Program-made: the position numbers and the translations under genes
The notes under the pieces: generated by a model
Databases searched by the model: none
Told to the model about the DNA's origin: nothing
The model's input: the letters and a program-made list of their open reading frames with translations, nothing else
Shown here: piece by piece, positions 59,420 through 64,000 of the stretch
Position numbering within the stretch: the first letter of the stretch is position 1
Layout: each line of letters opens with the position of its first letter
DNA from: Candidatus Shapirobacteria bacterium
Lineage (GTDB): Bacteria > Patescibacteriota > Microgenomatia > UBA12405
Length of the DNA stretch: 64,000 nucleotides
Assembly (NCBI GenBank): GCA_041661765.1
Contig: JBAZTV010000001.1
Coordinates: 231,983 to 295,982, forward strand
Direction of reading: 5' to 3'

Positions 59420-60040
59420 ATGATAAATTATCGCTCCAATATCACTCCAACTTTTTGTCCAGGTTGTCACAACTTCTCAGTTTTTGCTGCCATGCAGTCA
59501 GCTTTTAATGATTTAAATTTAAAAACTTCCGATCTAGTCATTAACTTTGACATTGGTTGTGTCGGCAACATGGCTGATTTTTTCAAAACTTATGCCGTTC
59601 ACACTCTCCACGGTCGATCTATCACCACTGCTATGGGTGAAAAATTAGCCAATCCTAATCTTACTGTTTGTGCCATTGGTGGTGACGGTGGAATTTATGG
59701 TGAAGGTTTAAATCACTTAATTGCCGCAGCTAGGGCCAATATTGATATTACTGTTTTTGTTTCCAATAATTTTCTTTACAGTTTAACCACTGGCCAAACC
59801 AGCCCCACTACTCCAAAAGGAGCTAGAACTAAATCAACTCCATTAGGCAATGTCAGCGAACCTCTCGATATTGTCAAAGTTTTAAAATCGGTTAATTCAA
59901 ATATTTTTGTCAAATCAGTTGATGCTAAAGATATCCAAGAGGTCACTAAAAACTTTAAAGAAGCCCTTGAATTCAAAGGTTTTTCTATTGTCGAAACTCG
60001 TCAAGAATGTGTCGCTTTTGGTAAACAATTAAAAGGATAA
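59420..60040 (+). CDS. korB: 2-oxoacid:ferredoxin oxidoreductase beta subunit (short)
   Basis: FCPGC, IGC, HTLHGR, GGDGG, YSLTTGQTSPT. Confidence 0.9.
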   Translation: MINYRSNITPTFCPGCHNFSVFAAMQSAFNDLNLKTSDLVINFDIGCVGNMADFFKTYAVHTLHGRSITTAMGEKLANPNLTVCAIGGDGGIYGEGLNHLIAAARANIDITVFVSNNFLYSLTTGQTSPTTPKGARTKSTPLGNVSEPLDIVKVLKSVNSNIFVKSVDAKDIQEVTKNFKEALEFKGFSIVETRQECVAFGKQLKG

Positions 60041-60042
60041 TT

Positions 60043-60465
60043 ATGGTTGATTTAATCTCGTCGGTGGATGTCCCTAATAATTGGGAAGAATTTGTTAAAT
60101 TAAAACCTATCTTGCCATTTTGTATTGCTGAAGTTTCTCGTTTATCTGAAGACCTTCATTTTCATCGTATTTATATTGAATTAGTTTCAAAAGAAATCAG
60201 ATTAGAAATACTTGAAAAATTAATTGGAAATAATGATGTTTGTCTGATTAAAAATAATTTTCCCTACACTCGTCTTTTGCAAAATTTACCTAAAGTAAAA
60301 CATTGTTGTCTATGGTCAAGAAAAGGTAAATTATCACCAAAAATTATCGAAAAGGAAATCAAAAAAACTTTTCCCAATAATGATTTTTTTTGGTTTGAAA
60401 ATACAGAAGTAATTAAATCTGTCCCTGAAATCTGGCATTGTCACGTCTTTATCAAATTAAATTAA
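60043..60465 (+). CDS. DUF3605/GIG1-like HIT-related protein
   Basis: NNFPY...HCCLWS...WFEN...KSVPEIWHCHVF. Confidence 0.6.
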   Translation: MVDLISSVDVPNNWEEFVKLKPILPFCIAEVSRLSEDLHFHRIYIELVSKEIRLEILEKLIGNNDVCLIKNNFPYTRLLQNLPKVKHCCLWSRKGKLSPKIIEKEIKKTFPNNDFFWFENTEVIKSVPEIWHCHVFIKLN

Positions 60466-61211
60466 ATTTTTCTGGCAATTATTGTCATAAATAAAGGGAA
60501 TTCATTTCTAGCTCTATCTTCTACTTTTGCATTAGATCCAGTACTTTTTTTATCACTAATCCATTCTTCAATCTTTTCAATACAAAATCCGTTATCAAAA
60601 AGCATTTCACTGTAAGCCGACAGGGGATAGTGGTATGACCAAGTATTAGCACTTTCTTTTTTTCCTGGATGAGCCACGATCGGAATTTCTTGCGGTGTCA
60701 TATAATCATCAATTCGGCGATATTGAATTTTATTTTCTAAATCATTTTCCCAAGAACTGTGGCGGGGGATTCTAAAAACCGGATGATTCAAAACAATCAC
60801 CAATCGTCCGCCTTTTTTTAAATGTTTAGCAAAATTTCTAATCACTCCAAATGGTTTTTTAATATTTTGCAAAGCCAAAACAATTGCTCCAGCATCAAAA
60901 TCAGTTTTATTGGTTGGCAAATCTTTACTTACATCAGCTAACAAAAATCTATGATTTAGATTTGTTTTTTTATCAATTGCCTCTCTAATTAAATTATTAG
61001 CTAAATCAATCCCCACATATTCAATATTTTTATCAAAATTTCTCTCTAAAACTCCCTGCCCACAGGCTAAATCTAAAAGTGATTCTTTTTCTTTTAATTT
61101 CAAAATTCTTTTCAAATTCGGCATTATTATATGTTGATGGTAATAATGTCCTTCATCTCCAACCGCTTTGTTGTACCATTTACTGACTTTCTGCCAAGAA
61201 TTATTGTTCAT
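60462..61211 (-). CDS. Class I SAM-dependent methyltransferase
   Basis: LLDLACGQG, GIDL, HPVF. Confidence 0.9.
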   Translation of the reverse strand: MNNNSWQKVSKWYNKAVGDEGHYYHQHIIMPNLKRILKLKEKESLLDLACGQGVLERNFDKNIEYVGIDLANNLIREAIDKKTNLNHRFLLADVSKDLPTNKTDFDAGAIVLALQNIKKPFGVIRNFAKHLKKGGRLVIVLNHPVFRIPRHSSWENDLENKIQYRRIDDYMTPQEIPIVAHPGKKESANTWSYHYPLSAYSEMLFDNGFCIEKIEEWISDKKSTGSNAKVEDRARNEFPLFMTIIARKI

Positions 61212-61809
61212 ATTTTTTATTTAATTTTTCAAAAACCATATCCCAATTAACCAATTGCCACCATTTTTCTATATATTCAGCTCTATTATTAATGTAATCT
61301 AGGTAATAGGCATGTTCCCACACATCAATTACTAATAAAATTTTAGCTTCGTTGATTCCCAATAAATTATGTTTTTCCAACTGTCCAATTAGTAAATTTC
61401 CGTCTCTGTCTTGCCAAAGTGCCGCCCATCCAGAACCCTCAACTGTAGCTGCTGCCACATTAAATTCTTTTCTAAATTTTTCAAAAGATCCAAAATGTTT
61501 TTCAATTATTTTATTCAATTCTTCACTTGGTAAATTATTTTCTTTAGGCGAATTCATAAATTGCCAACACATTTCATGTAATATCGCCCCATTATAATTA
61601 AAACTATAATCTCGCATTACTTCTCTTAAATTTCCTTCAATTTCACCCAATCTTATTTTTTCAATTTTTTCCAATGCCACATTAGCTCCATTCACATATG
61701 CTGCCTGATGTTTATCGTGATGTAGAGTTACTATTTTTTCGGAAATAATTGGCTCTAATGCATTATAGGAATAAGGGAGCACTGGGAGTATTAGTTTGTT
61801 GTTTGTCAT
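61201..61809 (-). CDS. sod: Fe/Mn superoxide dismutase
   Basis: LHHDKHQAAYV, GSGW, DVWEHAYY. Confidence 0.96.
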   Translation of the reverse strand: MTNNKLILPVLPYSYNALEPIISEKIVTLHHDKHQAAYVNGANVALEKIEKIRLGEIEGNLREVMRDYSFNYNGAILHEMCWQFMNSPKENNLPSEELNKIIEKHFGSFEKFRKEFNVAAATVEGSGWAALWQDRDGNLLIGQLEKHNLLGINEAKILLVIDVWEHAYYLDYINNRAEYIEKWWQLVNWDMVFEKLNKKYEQ

Positions 61810-61865
61810 AATTTAATATATTATTACTTAAGTATCTCATTGTTTTTTAAAAAAATATTAAATTT

Positions 61866-62507
61866 ATGAAAATCAATAAAATTGCAGTAATTTTTCCTGT
61901 TGTTTTAATAATTATTTCTTTTTTCATTGCCATTTATTTTTATCCAGTTTTTCCTGACCAGGTCGCCACTCATTGGGGTATCGATAATCAAGTCAATGGT
62001 TATTCTTCCAAAGCCTTAGGTCTTTTCTTTATGCCAGTTTTATCAGTTTTTTTATTTTTCCTTTTCATTTCATTGCCTAAAATCGACCCTTACAAAAAAA
62101 ATTTTGATCAATTCAAAAACTATTTTCAAAATTTTATTAATATCGTCTTTGCTTTTTTGTTCTATGTTTACTTATTAACTATAATTTGGAATTTAGATTT
62201 TCATTTCAATATGATCCAAATTCTTTCTCCAGGTTTCGCGATCCTTTTTTATTATGCCGGAGTTTTAACCTCTAATGCCAAACGTAATTGGTTTGTTGGC
62301 ATTCGCACTCCTTGGACTATGTCCAGTGAATTAGTTTGGGATAAAACTCACCAAATTGGCGGAGAACTTTTCAAACTAACTGGCCTCATTTCTTTATTAT
62401 CATTATTATTTCCAAATTTAGCCATATTTTTTATTCTAATGCCAATTGTTTTTACTACTGCCTTTATTTTTGTCTATTCTTATTTGGAATATAAAAAAAT
62501 AAATTAA
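61866..62507 (+). CDS. SdpI/DUF1648-family membrane protein
   Basis: PDQVATHWG, NWFVGIRTPWT..S..VWDKTH. Confidence 0.9.
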   Translation: MKINKIAVIFPVVLIIISFFIAIYFYPVFPDQVATHWGIDNQVNGYSSKALGLFFMPVLSVFLFFLFISLPKIDPYKKNFDQFKNYFQNFINIVFAFLFYVYLLTIIWNLDFHFNMIQILSPGFAILFYYAGVLTSNAKRNWFVGIRTPWTMSSELVWDKTHQIGGELFKLTGLISLLSLLFPNLAIFFILMPIVFTTAFIFVYSYLEYKKIN

Positions 62508-62546
62508 TATCAAAAAATCACTATAGGTTGCGGTATAATTAATCAA

Positions 62547-63305
62547 ATGATTATTATTAAAACTCCAGCCCAAATTGACGGCATTAGAAAATCGTCTAAA
62601 TTAGCGGCAGAGACTTTAAAATATCTTTCCAAATTTGTCAAACCGGGAATCTCCACTGAAAAATTAAACGAGCTTGGTCATCAATTTATTATTAACCATA
62701 AAGCCATTCCTGCTCCTCTAAATTACAATGGTTTTACTAAGAGTATTTGCACCTCAATCAACAATGTTGTTTGCCATGGTATTCCTTGTTCAAATGAAAT
62801 TTTAAAAGAAGGGGATATTATTAATCTTGATATCACAACTATTTTGAATGGTTATTTTGGCGATGTTTCGGCAACTTTTCCAGTTGGCACAATCAGTCCT
62901 GAAGCCCAAGATTTAATCGATACTGCCAAAAAATGTCTTAATGATTCAATAAAATCCCTAAAACCAGGCAAATTATTAAATGACTGTGTCGGAAAAATAA
63001 TTGAGCCAATCGTTAAAAAGAAGAATTTCAGTATTGTCCGCGAACTTGGCGGTCATGGTGTTGGTATTCATTTTCATGAAGAACCCTTCGTTTTTCATTT
63101 CAATACTAATCAAGAAAAAGTAATTCTAAAAGAGGGGATGATTTTTACTATCGAACCCATGATAAATGCTTCACCAAATTGTCAAATTACATTTGATCGT
63201 CGTGATGGCTGGACAATTCGAACTCTCGATTGTTCTTTGTCAGCCCAATTTGAACATACAATTTTAATTACCAAAACCGGTTCAGAAATTCTTACTAAGT
63301 TATAA
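62547..63305 (+). CDS. map: Methionine aminopeptidase type I
   Basis: VCHGIP, GHGVG..FHEEP, TIEPMI, SAQFEHT. Confidence 0.97.
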   Translation: MIIIKTPAQIDGIRKSSKLAAETLKYLSKFVKPGISTEKLNELGHQFIINHKAIPAPLNYNGFTKSICTSINNVVCHGIPCSNEILKEGDIINLDITTILNGYFGDVSATFPVGTISPEAQDLIDTAKKCLNDSIKSLKPGKLLNDCVGKIIEPIVKKKNFSIVRELGGHGVGIHFHEEPFVFHFNTNQEKVILKEGMIFTIEPMINASPNCQITFDRRDGWTIRTLDCSLSAQFEHTILITKTGSEILTKL

Positions 63306-63311
63306 TAATCC

Positions 63312-64000
63312 ATGATAATTCTCGACGGCAAAGTCACTTCTCAAAAAATAATGGATTCTCTCAAAATCGAGGTTTCTAATTTAGATTTTATTCCAACATT
63401 AGACATAATTATTGTTGGCAACGATCCTTCTAGTCAAAAATATGTCGCCATGAAACAAGAAAAAGCTCAAAGTATTGGCATTGGTGGAAAAATTCATCAA
63501 CTCAATCAAGATTCGACCACTGAAGAAGTTTTGTCTTTAGTTGAAAATTTAAATCATGATCCAGAAGTGAATGCTTTCATGGTTCAACTCCCGCTTCCAC
63601 CTCAAATCGATACTCAAAAAGTACTATCATTTATTGATCCGAAAAAGGATGCTGACGGCCTTAGTCCTTTTAATTTAGGTCTTCTTTTTCAAAAAAAATC
63701 TATCGGAATTGCCTCCGCAACTGCTCTTGGAATTATTCTCTTATTAGAAGAGTACCAAATTGATATTAGCGGTAAAAACGCGGTAATCATTGGTCGTAGT
63801 CCAGAAGTTTCAATCCCATTATTTGCCTTACTTATGGCCAAAAACGCCACAGTTACCATTTGTCATACCAAAACCCAGAATCTAAAAGAAATTTGTCAAC
63901 AAGCTGATATTTTAATTTCCTCCATTGGTAAGCCAAATTTCTTTGGCAAAGATTTTATTAAAGAAGGCGCTGTTATTGTTGATGTTGGTTTTGTTGCCGA
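63312..64000 (+). CDS. folD: Bifunctional methylene-THF dehydrogenase/cyclohydrolase, 3'-truncated (not in ORF track)
   Basis: Translated by hand: MIILDGK, VQLPLP, KDADG, IGRS, TVTICH, DVG. Confidence 0.93.
   Translation, partial: MIILDGKVTSQKIMDSLKIEVSNLDFIPTLDIIIVGNDPSSQKYVAMKQEKAQSIGIGGKIHQLNQDSTTEEVLSLVENLNHDPEVNAFMVQLPLPPQIDTQKVLSFIDPKKDADGLSPFNLGLLFQKKSIGIASATALGIILLLEEYQIDISGKNAVIIGRSPEVSIPLFALLMAKNATVTICHTKTQNLKEICQQADILISSIGKPNFFGKDFIKEGAVIVDVGFVA

Noticed and set aside
425-61597. Short antisense or alternate-frame ORFs in the track (e.g. 425-622, 9954-10241, 22068-22349, 30547-30873, 41637-41831, 61352-61597)
   Set aside because: Shadow ORFs overlapping well-supported genes, with no recognisable motifs
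1-64000. CRISPR array, rRNA genes, prophage structural genes
   Set aside because: No regularly spaced repeat-spacer units, cas genes, rRNA-like sequence or capsid/terminase motifs seen

Overview
AT-rich bacterial chromosomal window. Gene content and leaderless gene starts suggest Patescibacteria/CPR, Microgenomates-like; this is inference only. Core genes run from dnaG-rpoD through glmS, queA, pyrG, rarA, a DEAD-box helicase, 2-oxoacid:ferredoxin oxidoreductase, sod and map to folD. They are interleaved with accessory genes: an organoarsenical ars operon, a P-type ATPase, GH130-like enzymes, surface proteins and a REP/RAYT locus. The main accessory structure is a ~11.5 kb island at the 3' end of tRNA-Asn(GTT), carrying a large serine recombinase (LSR), Gabija and a type II R-M system. 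Its putative att sites (GAGC core at 4743, 6529 and 16053, plus a degenerate one at ~16492) all read on the minus strand as alternative C-termini of the LSR. This suggests a tandem cassette array whose recombination rewrites the recombinase tail. Other notable items: a variant glmS ribozyme, an orphan ~80-nt promoter/terminator-bounded RNA, palindromic elements inserted in frame in queA, korA and the RAYT gene, an ArsP-ArsF fusion, a PRTase-Prs fusion, a poly-A frameshift in dapB and a DUF3605/GIG1-like protein. All family assignments are from motif recognition by eye, without database searches.
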